A stretch of 62,239 bases of DNA, counting the filler, from Basidiobolus ranarum (taxonomy: Eukaryota): the NCBI GenBank assembly GCA_040143965.1. It is 33 parts of 33 records of this genome, joined end to end, with 100 filler letters (N's around TTAATTAATTAA, not from the genome) between each part and the next. Parts side by side here need not be neighbours in the genome. Positions count along the whole stretch, not along the records: positions 35,953 to 37,740 come from JASJQH010004331.1; positions 37,841 to 39,627 come from JASJQH010004332.1; positions 39,728 to 41,513 come from JASJQH010004333.1; positions 41,614 to 43,399 come from JASJQH010004334.1; positions 43,500 to 45,285 come from JASJQH010004335.1; positions 45,386 to 47,171 come from JASJQH010004336.1; positions 47,272 to 49,056 come from JASJQH010004337.1; 26 more parts are not named here. One strand, given 5' to 3'. Made by a program: the position numbers and the translations under genes. Of this stretch, positions 37,056-49,156 are shown one piece after another. Each line of letters starts with the position of its first letter. Within the stretch, counting starts at the first letter, position 1. Under the pieces are notes generated by a model. The model ran no database searches and was not told the DNA's origin. It saw only the letters and a list, made by a program, of their open reading frames with translations.

Positions 37056-37600
37056 GTTGCTTTTGGGCCTGTTAATTCTGACTGGAAATATGTCAAGAAT
37101 ACTTTTGACATCAACTCTATTGGGAAATACTCCAGGAAATGGAAGGAAATTAGGGTCTCTAAATCTTTTGTCCTAGGCATCTTCAACATCATTCATCACT
37201 GATGTTAGATATTTATCACTTACTTGAAGCCTGGTATGGAGGCATCTCCCACTTTTGCTACCATTAATAGTGCACTGTAATCAGATTGGACAATAGTTGT
37301 TGTAGTAACAAAACAAATTGCGAGCTGCTTTCTAGTAGGTATTGGAGTATATGAGCCACAGTATTGCTCAAATATTGCTTCTAGGATGGTGATTGGAACA
37401 CCAGTAGTTGCTTTTGGATTAATGAGGAATGACCATTTTGAGTAGATGGAGAGCATGATATTAATCTTGTATTGAGCTGGCCCAATATTGATCAATCTGG
37501 CATGCACAGGTTATGTATCCAAAAATTTCTATTAATATGGTAAAATTCCCTACAATCTGTGTAATAAAATTTCTGTCTGCATTTATTAGTAGTACGCATT
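37056..37600 (-). mobile_element. DDE_Tnp_4 transposase 5' remnant
   Basis: Reverse complement of ~20030-20565. Confidence 0.8.
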
Positions 37601-38469
37601 GACAGCAATGCCAGCTTGGAGGAGTCCATGATGTTTCTCCCATTTTTGATTAAGAGCAAGCAGTCAATGTAGAACCAGAAAGAGGATGGCATGCATTCTC
37701 ATGTGTAGTAGAGCATGATTCACCTGACTCTACCAAACTANNNNNNNNNNNNNNNNNNNNNNNNNNNNNNNNNNNNNNNNNNNNTTAATTAATTAANNNN
37801 NNNNNNNNNNNNNNNNNNNNNNNNNNNNNNNNNNNNNNNNTAAAGCAGGTCGTATCGTTAAAGCAGGTCGTATCCTCTAGATACGTAATGAGTAGGTTGA
37901 CAGGTTGTTCAACACTTGGTACTGAAGAGAAAGAAGCGGTATTTTAAAGGAAATTTTAAGTTTTTAGCTTTAAATAGCTTGAACGAAAGCTCACATCCTA
38001 TTCATACTATTTGAATATTGCTACTTAAGAACCCAGGGTAGGTTTTTGTTGAACGTTCCCGACTCTATATCCACTCATATATGCAGTTTCAAGAGGAAAT
38101 AATTAAGTAATGCACTGAATAATGATGGAGTTGTGACTTTGGAAGTAATAAGCCGTCTTGACCTCTAATACAGTAAGAGGTTTAAGAATACTACTTTACA
38201 AGTAACCATGGTACTGAAATATGTAACAGACGTTTCTGAGATTTAGAATTAGACAAATGTGATGCTGTTAGTCACGTCTTTTGAGTTCAATTCGATTTCC
38301 CAGTCATTGACTAGGCATATGACTGTTTTGACACGTCATAATCCTAATTATCTATAAAATATAAGCTTTGAAAGAAATTTACGGCAAGTATCATCCGCTA
38401 ATAAATATAGGCTTTAGAAACCATAATATATACACTCTACACTGTAATCAAAAAAAAAGATAACAAACC

Positions 38470-38763
38470 ATGTTTGGAGTTGTTTTGACTGCTGAGGTAT
38501 GTTCTCTTATGTATCTAGAAACAAACCTTTAATATTTACTAATTTTTTTATGTAGCAAGTTGCTGTAATTCGTACTTACGTTGGCCGCTCTTGGGCTGGT
38601 GCTGTTCTTATATCCAGTTTTGGAATCGGTGCAGGTCAGTAACTTTTCCTACCTTTGTTCACAAGATTTGGCACTGAAATGTCGTTGCTCCATAGGCTAT
38701 CTTCTTCATAAACAATCTGAGAAAAACGCCAAGTCAAACCCACCATCATCGACTACTCAATAG
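38470..38763 (+). CDS. Small spliced gene, 57 aa, one predicted TM helix; exons 38470-38496, 38556-38634, 38696-38763
   Basis: AAACC-ATG context. Introns are GTATGT..CTAAT..TAG (59 nt) and GTCAGT..CTGAA..TAG (61 nt). The spliced frame reads MFGVVLTAEQVAVIRTYVGRSWAGAVLISSFGIGAGYLLHKQSEKNAKSNPPSSTTQ*. Confidence 0.8.
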
Positions 38764-39199
38764 ACCGTATGAGGCGGTAAGATTTACCACTGACCTGATG
38801 CAATAGCCATCCTTCTTTTACTTCATCTATTGGATACTTGGAACCAACCCATGTTTCTATTCTATACTGTCGTCTATATACATTGAACCTCAAGTTTACT
38901 CGGTATTTTGTCATTGTACATGAACTCTCTAACCATATCCCTACGCCATGATAGGGCTTAATATCCACTTATCAAATGAAAAATAAACCATTAGTAACTT
39001 TTATCTACCAAGATCCATATAATAATTGTCTACACGCCAATAGATGCTTATAGTAGTCGCCATTTAATAATACTTATACAGAGGTTAAATCTATCTGCGC
39101 TTTTATTTCGATAAAATGTACACCACGAATCTTCACAAAGGATGAGTATTTTTCTCTGTACATTCATACCAACTTGTTATGATTCGAAACAAAAACTTG

Positions 39200-39627
39200 T
39201 CAATCACTATCCCATGGGGTAAAATCTTTCGGTGGAGAACCCCAACCACTTGGAACTTGAGGTTTATACAAAACCTTCGACTGCTTATCCGCGAATTCCT
39301 TCCACTTGGAAGTTCCCTTCAGTTGTTTAGATGAAATGTCAGGGTATGGTGCAGTGTTCTTCTGTGTTGAGCCATCTACCCAGTCGAATTCGTCATCACT
39401 TGTATCACCATTGGCCATGTCATTCTCAGTTAAAATGGTTGATGTTGAGTTTTCACTTGATTTTGGTTCCTCTTCCTTTGAATTTAGTATTCTTGCTAAA
39501 TAAGTTTGATTGACCTGTAATAAGGATAGATCGAACTTCAACCATTCCTCCTTTGTCTTCCAACCTAACCAATTTTTAGTAGGAACTTTCCTTCTTGAAG
39601 AGTAAAATTCATTTGCTGACATATTAC
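39200..39627 (-). CDS. Probable 3' end of an unknown host gene, convergent with the small gene
   Basis: Uninterrupted frame of at least 140 codons running from near the contig edge to a stop; CpG retained; not repeated in the window. Confidence 0.65.
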
Positions 39628-39727
39628 NNNNNNNNNNNNNNNNNNNNNNNNNNNNNNNNNNNNNNNNNNNNTTAATTAATTAANNNNNNNNNNNNNNNNN
39701 NNNNNNNNNNNNNNNNNNNNNNNNNNN

Positions 39728-41513
39728 CATATATATAAAATATATGTTCCGATTTGCAGCTAAGTGATATTTGACTAAATAATGTTGACTAACTAATATG
39801 TGATATATGAAATAGTTAGGTGTATAAAGATAGGGATAGCATATATGATAAAGACAATAAACTTCAACAAGTGCAACTGTGAAGCCTCAACTCACTGGCT
39901 CCTTTGCTTTTCCCATGGATTTCCTAACTTCCTGCTCTTTGAGTACTTCTTTAGCTGCTTTTTTTTCTTTTCCAATTTTCTAATAACATACATTTATGAG
40001 ATGTTTCCTGAATAGGCCTATACAGGCCCAATTGCCATTTGCTTGCAAAAACCCAGGATCAGCCACATGAAACAAGTCAAGAACCTTCAGAGTGACACAT
40101 GGTTTTTTGGTTTTTCCATGATTGGCTCAAATTGAGGTGATCTTGGGCAAGATTCTGCACAGTTTCCAAAATGTCAGATCACTCCTAATCAGAGCAAGTG
40201 ATGACAGCTCTGACATTCAGAGTCTTTGGGTTTGACAGTTTTCCTATGTGTTTTCAACTTTCATGTGCCCAATCAATTTCAGGTTGTTGTGTAGGCTGAA
40301 AGGTCCAACACATACCCTGCTCTGCTACATAGTCATGGTGATGTTCATATGCATGGTGTAGGATTAATTAAAATACCATATGAGAATAGATGCGAGGAGC
40401 AGCATTTTGCTAAAGCTCAAGTACAGCATTCTGAAGGTCTTGTATCCTTGTAGAGTGACTCTCAAACTGTTGACTAGCTGCTTCAGAATGCCACATTGAT
40501 TGCAGTACTGTGTCATTGTTGCTTGTCATGGCCTGTATAGCAACTTTGTAGCTTTGACTCATGATTGAATAAAAATTGTTACAGTTTTCTGCCTGCAATT
40601 CCCTTGTGGTAGTAGTTCTGTACAGATTTTCTATGGAGGGTTGTTCAATACTTGGCCAAGTAGCTACTTTGGAAGCCGATGGTCTTGACAGTGTTTCTTT
40701 TGAGCTCAGCTCAACTCTTGACTTACTGCATTATTGATGATGAAGTATTTGGGAGCCTGTTGGAAGTGGTTTGGAGAATTAGAAGGATTGGTGGTTTTTA
40801 CTTATTGATTTATTGAGTAGAAAGTTGACATTTATAGTTTTATCATCATGTAACAAACTAACATATAGAATATGTTAATTAGGTTCCAGGAACAAGTGTG
40901 CAAAGTTTGGGGCTTCTAGCACAAGTTTGTAAAAATCTATATATATGAGAACCTCTAAGTTGGTAAAAGTATTGTAAGTATATTTCAATTCAGAATAGTA
41001 GAAAATATCTTGGTGAATTATAAGAAAACTAAGTAATAAGCTTTATATGACTATATAGGTGCTTAGGCAATGCTAATTTTAACACTCTCCCTCAACTAAG
41101 TGGACATATAAACTAATCCTAATAAAGGACTAAGTTTCTCAAATTTCTGTCAAGCTAATATTGGGAAAATATGGGCTGTTTGGAGGAACTTTAGAAAAGT
41201 GGAGTTGTGAATAGCTTTGTGAGATAATTATTTATTATCCAGAAATGAAGCCTTTCTACATTTTGGTGGAAATACAGAAAACTAACACTGGGGTTGTGTT
41301 CAGAACATATGTGGGAGTAAAATGAGCTATCTTTGGGGCAATTTGGACAAGTTTGAAGTTTCCAATATGGAATTGCTAACTCTCACATTATTTACATGTA
41401 TATCTATTATATGTTCCAATTTTCAGCTAAGTGATATTTGACTAAGTAATGTTAACTACCTTATATGTGATATATGAAATAGTTAGGTGTATAAAGATCG
41501 AGATAACAAATAT
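39728..41513 (-). mobile_element. Nested block: LTR A (39728-39869), CACTA ORF2 middle (39870-40737), LTR B with PPT (40738-41084), LTR A (41159-41513)
   Basis: Each part matches copies elsewhere; PPT GTTGAGGGAGAG lies on the minus strand next to LTR B. Confidence 0.83.
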
Positions 41514-42299
41514 NNNNNNNNNNNNNNNNNNNNNNNNNNNNNNNNNNNNNNNNNNNNTTAATTAATTAANNNNNNNNNNNNNNNNNNNNNNNNNNNNNNN
41601 NNNNNNNNNNNNNCTTAACTTTTCTGCTTTGCAACATTCATACAAATACTCCAGATCTCCATACATTAGTTAAGAAACTACAAAAGTAGTTATGGCTTCT
41701 TTGTTTTGTTTGAAATAAAGATTTAACCTTTTGGTGACTGTCTCCCCCCTAACCCCTTAACACTATATTTACATCTTTAGAAATGGCTTACATTGGCCAT
41801 CAAGTAACCTATGGATATGATTGTGTTTTGTCTCAATATCTTAGAAGATTGTTAAGATTATCATATAAGCTAAATAAAGCCCACACCACCTGGTGCTTTT
41901 CATCCCCCTAACCCAAATATTGGCTTAGTACAACTAATTATACCCAGACAACTGGTTCCACTGTACCAATGACCTACGGTGACACAATTAAAGATGTGGG
42001 TTCTGCCTATGTGAAATGTTTTGTGATCATGATTATTTTGCTCTAACCTCCAGTCCCTGTAATGTACTCGTCTTCCATTTGATATAAAAGAATGCAAAAT
42101 AATTCATACATCAGGCAACTACTATTTTTAGTCATTCCACAAGTTATTTTTGTCAGAATCGTTGTGCTCGCTCTGAAAGAAACAACAGATGGGTCATGGA
42201 GAAGGAAATTGATAAGGAATTTTTCGGGATATCTCGAAATAAATGGATTGATAAACTAAGTTCAGCTAAGAACAAATAGAATTGCTATTTAATAACTCG

Positions 42300-43146
42300 C
42301 ACCTCCTCAAAGTGGCTTAGAAAATATGGATTTGGATTAACCTGGACGCTAACCCCATTTTTCAACACTCTTCACCATATATGTATATATTAGATCATAT
42401 TGGAAGCGCATCAACTCTGGCGGTGAGGCCAATACGGTAGATCTATGGAATCAACTCCTATTTACATTGAAAGAAGCAAAGTTCAAATTCACTGGGATCC
42501 TGATGCCAGGATTTGGAATGATAGAGACTTGCGCTGGCTGTATCTGTAACAAAATATTCCCATTCAATAATACTGGGTAGGAATTTGGTACATCTTTCCA
42601 ACGAAGTGTACTTGAGAATCGTCGATGATGACGACCCAATATTACTAGGCGGCCATTGCGGTAATCTCCAAATATCGTGCCCTCAGCTATTCAACGGTAC
42701 CTACAACAATCCTGAGGCTAATGAACAAGTCTTCACCAAAGATGGGTGGTTCAGAACTTGGGATATAGCCAATCTGGCCAATGGTGTGCTATGCGATAAA
42801 GAAGTCCTTCTTCGTACTCATTCCAGAATTCAACAAAAATGATTCAGCTTTCCTCTCAAGCACCTCACATAATATCACCACTCCCCAAAAATATCTTGAC
42901 TAAAAATTCAATGGGAAAGCTGTTGAGAGGAAAGCTACGTCAACGATATGAAAAAGCGGAATTCAATGCGTACTTGGTCAGACAAGAAGAGCTTTGAAAT
43001 ATAAGAAGCCAACCTCCGATACCGAAATCATTTTGGCTTCTTTCTTTTGCCGGATTTTTGATGTACCTTCCGATGATATGTGTGTAGAAGAGAACTTCAG
43101 TAGGTACAATTATGGAGATTTCAAAATGAATATGACCAAAAACTAA
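42300..43146 (+). pseudogene. Decayed NRPS-like enzyme (adenylation plus thiolation domain) of AtrA/TdiA/RalA type
   Basis: KRINSGGEANTV, PGFGMIETCAGCI, GNLQISCP.LF..TYNNPEAN...FTKDGWFRTWD, KNSMGKLLRGKLRQRYE, then carrier-like PTSDTEIILASFFCRIF. Stop at 42578, frameshifts and deletions. Confidence 0.82.
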
Positions 43147-43499
43147 ATAAATATGTTTTTTGTTTCTAAATAGGAGAATAAAGGTTTTGAAATGGGTATT
43201 TTATTTCAAATAGCATAATAACAGAGGTTTCATCTATATGATTTTCATACCATGCAAAATATATTTTTTCATGGAAATATTCTAAGTCCTGCAGTGGATC
43301 CCAACCCTGACCCCTACTTAGGTATAAAAGCCAACTGGTGGAGTTGTTAATAAAGGATTTATTCAAGCATAGTGCTGCCAAATAGGTGCTGCCAAATAGN
43401 NNNNNNNNNNNNNNNNNNNNNNNNNNNNNNNNNNNNNNNNNNNTTAATTAATTAANNNNNNNNNNNNNNNNNNNNNNNNNNNNNNNNNNNNNNNNNNNN

Positions 43500-44088
43500 A
43501 TGATGTAAGGATGATGTAAGGATGATCAGGTGACCTACCATGGAAGGTCTTGGCGGAAATACACTATGCGTGGGATGACATGATTGGTCAGGTTTCATGG
43601 AATGTTCCAAAGAACATGACTTCCATATAAGGTAATCTGGATGAACTGTCACCAGATTGCCAAGAAGGGATGGCACAGTAGATATGATGTCATAATCTAA
43701 TAATAGAAGAGTTCCATATGCAGTGGATCAGTATGCCAAGATCAGAATCATCACAGATGCAACAAAATATGCTGAATAGGCAATATACTGTGGCTAATTC
43801 AAGTGTTGGGGTGGTGGGAACTACAAGGACTAATACAAAGGGGATGATGTAAGGATGCTCAGGTGACTATCTATGGAAGGTCTTGGTAGAAATATATTAT
43901 ATGTGATTTGACATGATTGGTTAGAATTCATGGAATGTTCCAAAGAACATCAATTCCATATAAGGTAACCTGGATTAACTAGCACAAGATTGCTGAGAAA
44001 GGATGTCACAGCAGATATGATGTTATATTCTAATAATATAAGAGTGCCATTTGCTATGGATAAGTATGCTAAGATCATAATCAAGACA
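43500..44088 (-). repeat. Two nested partial gypsy LTRs (43500-43755, 43756-44088)
   Basis: Both align to 16490-16819. Confidence 0.82.
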
Positions 44089-45285
44089 CAGTTAAGCAGA
44101 TTTTCAGATATTTGCAATTTGAAGAAACAATCTACCATAGCACTTTCAACCATAAAAGCAGAATACATTGCTGCCTGTGAAGCAACAAATAAAGCAATAT
44201 GGTTAGGGAGACTCTTGAAAGATTTAGGTTATTCTCAAAATTTGCTTAGTAAAATATTTTAAGATAATCAGAGTTGCATCAAACTAGCTAAATATCCCAA
44301 GTTTCATAATAGAAGCAAACATATAGATAGTAGACATCACTTCATTTGAGATACTATAGAGAATAAGCTGATTCACCTAACTTATTGTTCTACAGAAGAC
44401 ATGCTTGCTGATATATTGGACTTGTTCCATTGTGCAAAGATTTCTTGGATCTTGGATCAATACATCAGGGTAAATGTGATTGAAATTGAGCATGCCAGAG
44501 GGTGCTGTATAGTGCCAAATTGTGCCACATAAATTTTAGAATACTTTATCAAATATGATATATACAGCACAATCTGGCACTATCACAGGGAACAAGTCCA
44601 TTAACCCAACCATTAGCTAGAAAGAAATTTGAGAAATTGAGACCTTCCTTATAATTGGTTTATATGACTATTTAACTGAGGGAGAGTGTTAAGATAAGCT
44701 TTGCCTGAGTACCTATATAGTTGTACAAAGCTTAGTACTTAGGTATCTCATATTATACCAAGAAATTACTCATTATTCTCAATAGGAATTTACTTGGAAT
44801 ATTTTTACCAACTTAAAAGTGCTCACATATATAGATTTTAAAACTTGCGTTAGAATTCCCAAACTTTGTACAAATGTTCCTAGGACCTTGCTTAACATAA
44901 TGCTCACGTCAGTTTGTCTGCAACCTGCCAAAACTAGATATGTCTACTTTCTACTCCATGAATCAATTAGCAAAACCCACCAATTTCTAATCCTCCTAGC
45001 CACTTCCTGTTGAAGTTTATTGTCTTTATCATATTTGTTACCTCTATCTTTATACACCTAACTGTTTCATATATCACATCTAAGTTAGTTAACATTACTT
45101 AGTCAAATATCACTTAGCTGAAAATTGGTACATATATTATATATATATGTGTATAATGTGAGAATTAGCAATTTCATATTGGAAATTTCAAACTCGTCCA
45201 AATTGCCCCAAAGATAGCCCATTTTACTCCCACAGATGTTCTGAACACAACCCCAGTGTTAGTTTTCTGTATTTCCACCAAAAAG
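44089..45285 (+). mobile_element. Copia RNase H, PPT (GAGGGAGAG), LTR B (44687-45007) interrupted by LTR A (45008-45285)
   Basis: KKQSTIALSTIKAEYIAACEA...SKHIDSRHHFI...MLADI. Confidence 0.88.
44418..44599. mobile_element. 182-bp MITE, 11-bp perfect TIR GGACTTGTTCC, 3-bp TSD ATT
   Basis: TIRs at 44418-44428 and 44589-44599, with ATT on both sides. Removing the element and one ATT restores the RNase H frame ADILTQPLARKKFE. Confidence 0.9.
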
Positions 45286-46319
45286 NNNNNNNNNNNNNNN
45301 NNNNNNNNNNNNNNNNNNNNNNNNNNNNNTTAATTAATTAANNNNNNNNNNNNNNNNNNNNNNNNNNNNNNNNNNNNNNNNNNNNTAATTACTATATCAG
45401 GATCTAGCTACATCATCAAAAGGTAGCATAGTAATGGGCCAAGAGATCCTGGGGTGGTGTAGTGTTAGAAATATTCCAACAATATCTTGCTCATATTAAG
45501 CAGGAAGAATATTATCTGTTTCAACTGTATGATATTTTTACAGATTAAGAAAAAGAACAAAAATTTTCAATCACTTTCTGTAGCATTGTTACTTAATTAA
45601 TTGGCAAATCATTAACCACAATTATGAACTCCTGAATTAGAGCTTTGCAACCATGCAAGAATCAAAAGATTGCAACAATTATTGGTGGAGCTACAACTAT
45701 TTTATAACTGAAATCACAAAACTTAAGACTGCTATATATTTGAAACACAGGAATTCAGGACCTCCAGATATTCATAAAATCAGTGGTAACTTTTGAACCA
45801 ACTAATGAATTCCTTTCAAATCTTGCACAGAGCTGTGGCTGTACAACATGCAGTTATGTTAGAAGTTTTGAAGCTACCTCTACAATGCTAGTGATCTGAT
45901 TGGCAATTTAATGGTTAGCCACCAACTCAAAACATTTATACTGAGCCACTAATTCATAGCATTAAGTCTTGGTTATTTCTTTATTTAAGCAACTCTTCCT
46001 CCCAGTGCAAAGCTTCTAGCCATAGCACCATCCAAAAGTGCCCCATATTCTGTATCCTTTATTCAACCAGTTATTCTACCCTAAATCATAGTGGGATAAT
46101 AAAGATTCCTATTGCAACTCAACAGGGCTTGATTATTGAAGATTGCAGCTCAGATACTTTCATAATGATCTCTACTTTTACAGCCATACAATATACTTCA
46201 CATTTAATCAAAGTCTTGCCAATCTTAAACAACTAAGTGCTTTCTTTAGACTTCAGGTCAGAGAAACCATTGGAGTTATATCTACCATTGTAGTATTGAA
46301 GTTTCTTGATAGCCCTTTA

Positions 46320-47171
46320 CGCTAACAGAAATTTGAGGATTGCCATTGTGGGAAAACTGTCACAATTTTGATCCATTTGGGATTGGCCATTCACTTACCA
46401 TCATAAAATTGTCAAGTTAGATTTGATTTTAATCCATTTTTTCAGTTTCAGGAGTGAAATTTCAAGATCTTACAAAATGGTTGCACATGATTGGCAACAA
46501 TCTCAGAGAACTATGGATCAATGCATGTGCAAAAAACAATACTCAAATTTTATATATTTATCACTTGAATGCTAATTTCTCACCTTTGAATTCCTAGTTT
46601 CATTGATATATTCTCCTGAATATGCTTATAGAGTTCTTCATGCCCAAGGTTTAGCTCATATCCAACACATGTTTGTATCAACATCTCCATAAAGCCTACC
46701 ATTGCATTAACATTGCTGAATCAGCATTCTTCCAGCTATCTGGTGGATACCCTGCAATATTGTGCCACTCTGTATTAAGTTCTTCTCAGATATCTGCACA
46801 GTTAACACCAGACTGAATGTCAAGTTGAATGTTCTTCTCTGAAGCCACTTTCTCCATACTTGCACTGCATTTTTCCCTTCATACTTTTGAAAATACTCCT
46901 CAGGTACTTTTACTATTTTCATACTTCATTGTAGTGTGACACTACTGAGGGTGCTTTGTGATGTTTGTGTGGCTTTTTGTTTGCCTTTAACTTTGGAGCT
47001 AATTTCAACACTTTTAAAAGTACCAGTTGAGGTTGGAGAGCCATGAGTTTTATTTGCTGGTGTTATGGCTTGTTGAGAGGTGCCAGGTGTTGGATAAACT
47101 ACCAAATTTAGCACTCTTCCAACTGGCGTACCCAGATCCATGGTGAAATTAAGCTTTTTTGCCAGCATATC
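46320..47171 (-). mobile_element. CACTA-like ORF2-side terminus and ORF2 3' region
   Basis: CGCTAACAGAAATTTG start; ORF2 peptides as in other copies. Confidence 0.83.
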
Positions 47172-47271
47172 NNNNNNNNNNNNNNNNNNNNNNNNNNNNN
47201 NNNNNNNNNNNNNNNTTAATTAATTAANNNNNNNNNNNNNNNNNNNNNNNNNNNNNNNNNNNNNNNNNNNN

Positions 47272-49056
47272 TGTATAGCAACTTTGTAGCTTTTACTTAT
47301 GATTGCATACAAATCATTATGGTGTTCTGCCTGCAATTCCCTTGTTGTAATAATTCTATCCAAATTTTCTATGGAGGGTTGTTCAACAGTGGGCAAAGTG
47401 GTCATTTTGGAGGTTGATGGTCTTGATGGTGATTTGGTTGAACTTTGCTCAACTATTGACTTACTGCTTAATTGGGAGATTACAATCTCTTCACTTGCAT
47501 TATTGATGGAAAGGAACACATCTGGTAAATTAATTAATGCTTCATCATTAGTTGAGTTAATTTCTGGCATGTTAATGCCTTCCAAAGTGGATAGTGGATT
47601 ACTAGACCACTCATTAATTAAGTCCTCTGTTCTTGCTGGTTTTTTTCCTTTTGTGCCGGCAGGCTTTGGCTTGGAAGCCAATTTTGATTTAGATTTCAAA
47701 CATTTTTTGAATGGCATTGAAATTTTCAGATGGTAAACTTGGTGTAATGAAATTGCTTAGAAACAGTGTATAATAAACAAAAATTGCCATCCATTACCAG
47801 AAATATCTTATAAATCCCTTGATGACTCATCTATGGCACCATCTCAGAGTCAGCTGATGATATTGATGGGCTATACCTAAAATACCACCCTTACATATGA
47901 GGTGTTCTTTTTTCTACAATATCCTTTTCATGCCACAACACTGATGTTTAAGGAAGCCCTGCTCTTGTTGTTGCAAATTCTTGCACTATGAAAGCAGGAG
48001 GCTTCATAGAAAAAATAATTACAAGCATGGTCACTGTACAAAGCCACCAGCTGTGCAAAGCATGGTGTATAACAACAGTAATAAGTGCACTAAATCGGCT
48101 TTAGTTTTGCCCATTGAGTCCACTAACTCTACTTTGCCTCAAAGTTTTGGTAAAACTGCCAAAAGTCAAGATACCATGGAGTTACCACAGTCATATGACC
48201 AGAATGATGTAGGTGGAAATGCAACTTTGGTCAAGCCAGTGAGTCTAGACAACTTTGAGGACTTGCTGCTAGATATAGACCTTGGTTATTCCAGTACCAA
48301 TGGTAGTATATCAGAAGTTGAAGAAGACAATGGTTTTGTTACTGACTCTTTGTTATCAGCAAACATTAGTCCACTCATTACGCCTACTATATAGGAATCA
48401 GCTTTGATTATTGAGGAGTGGAGAGTTCAATCCAATCTTTGCAACCAGATGTTTATTGGTTTTCTTACACTTTTACCACCCTAACAAATATAAAATTGAT
48501 TTGATCCAGATTGGATCCACCCTCTGAAATAGCAAAACCATCAGAGAACCATCACAATATCATTGTCTTGCAGTCTGCCAGGGATTTTGATGGTGTGATG
48601 GTGAAATCTCTTCAAAATTCCCCTTGAATATATACAACTCCAATTCTTCCAGTCTTTGCATTTGAATAAACACCTAGATGAGTGGATATTGATGGGAGTC
48701 TTGGTAAAATTTGATGGTATCTTGACATTTTCAAGCATTTTGCCAACCAATTCAAACTTTGATCCTATCTCAAATGGCTCATTTATATTGAATTTTCCAC
48801 TGTATAGCTGAGTGAGTAGTATTGGAATGTTGTTTTATAGTAAGTGCACAGTGCATAATGGGAAGCTCTGGCTCCAGCTTATCCCCTTTAGCAATATAAT
48901 CTTATGCTTATGGCTAATACCAAGTTTGATGTTAGACTGACTATGTGGTGAATTGATATCAGTGATCATGTTGAAATCTGACCGGGCTCTTGATGGTAAG
49001 ATCATGAAGTTTAGTGTTGTATTTGGATAGTAGTAATGCATATGCCTGTTAGAGTA
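47272..49056. mobile_element. CACTA-like central region (ORF2 ATG 47717 -, transposase ATG 47930 +) interrupted at 48479 by a deleted second copy (-)
   Basis: 212-bp spacer; CCCTAACAAATATAAAA terminus; TPINIHSSRCLFKCKDWK and SFPLCTVHLL on -. Confidence 0.85.
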
Positions 49057-49156
49057 NNNNNNNNNNNNNNNNNNNNNNNNNNNNNNNNNNNNNNNNNNNN
49101 TTAATTAATTAANNNNNNNNNNNNNNNNNNNNNNNNNNNNNNNNNNNNNNNNNNNN

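Noticed and set aside
13267..43146. Chitin synthase + LPMO + NRPS-like gene as a functional cluster
   Set aside because: They lie on separate contigs that are adjacent only through length sorting.
45386..46319. Possible gypsy gag/protease remnant on the minus strand (GALLDGAMARSF)
   Set aside because: One degenerate motif among many stops; cannot be assigned.
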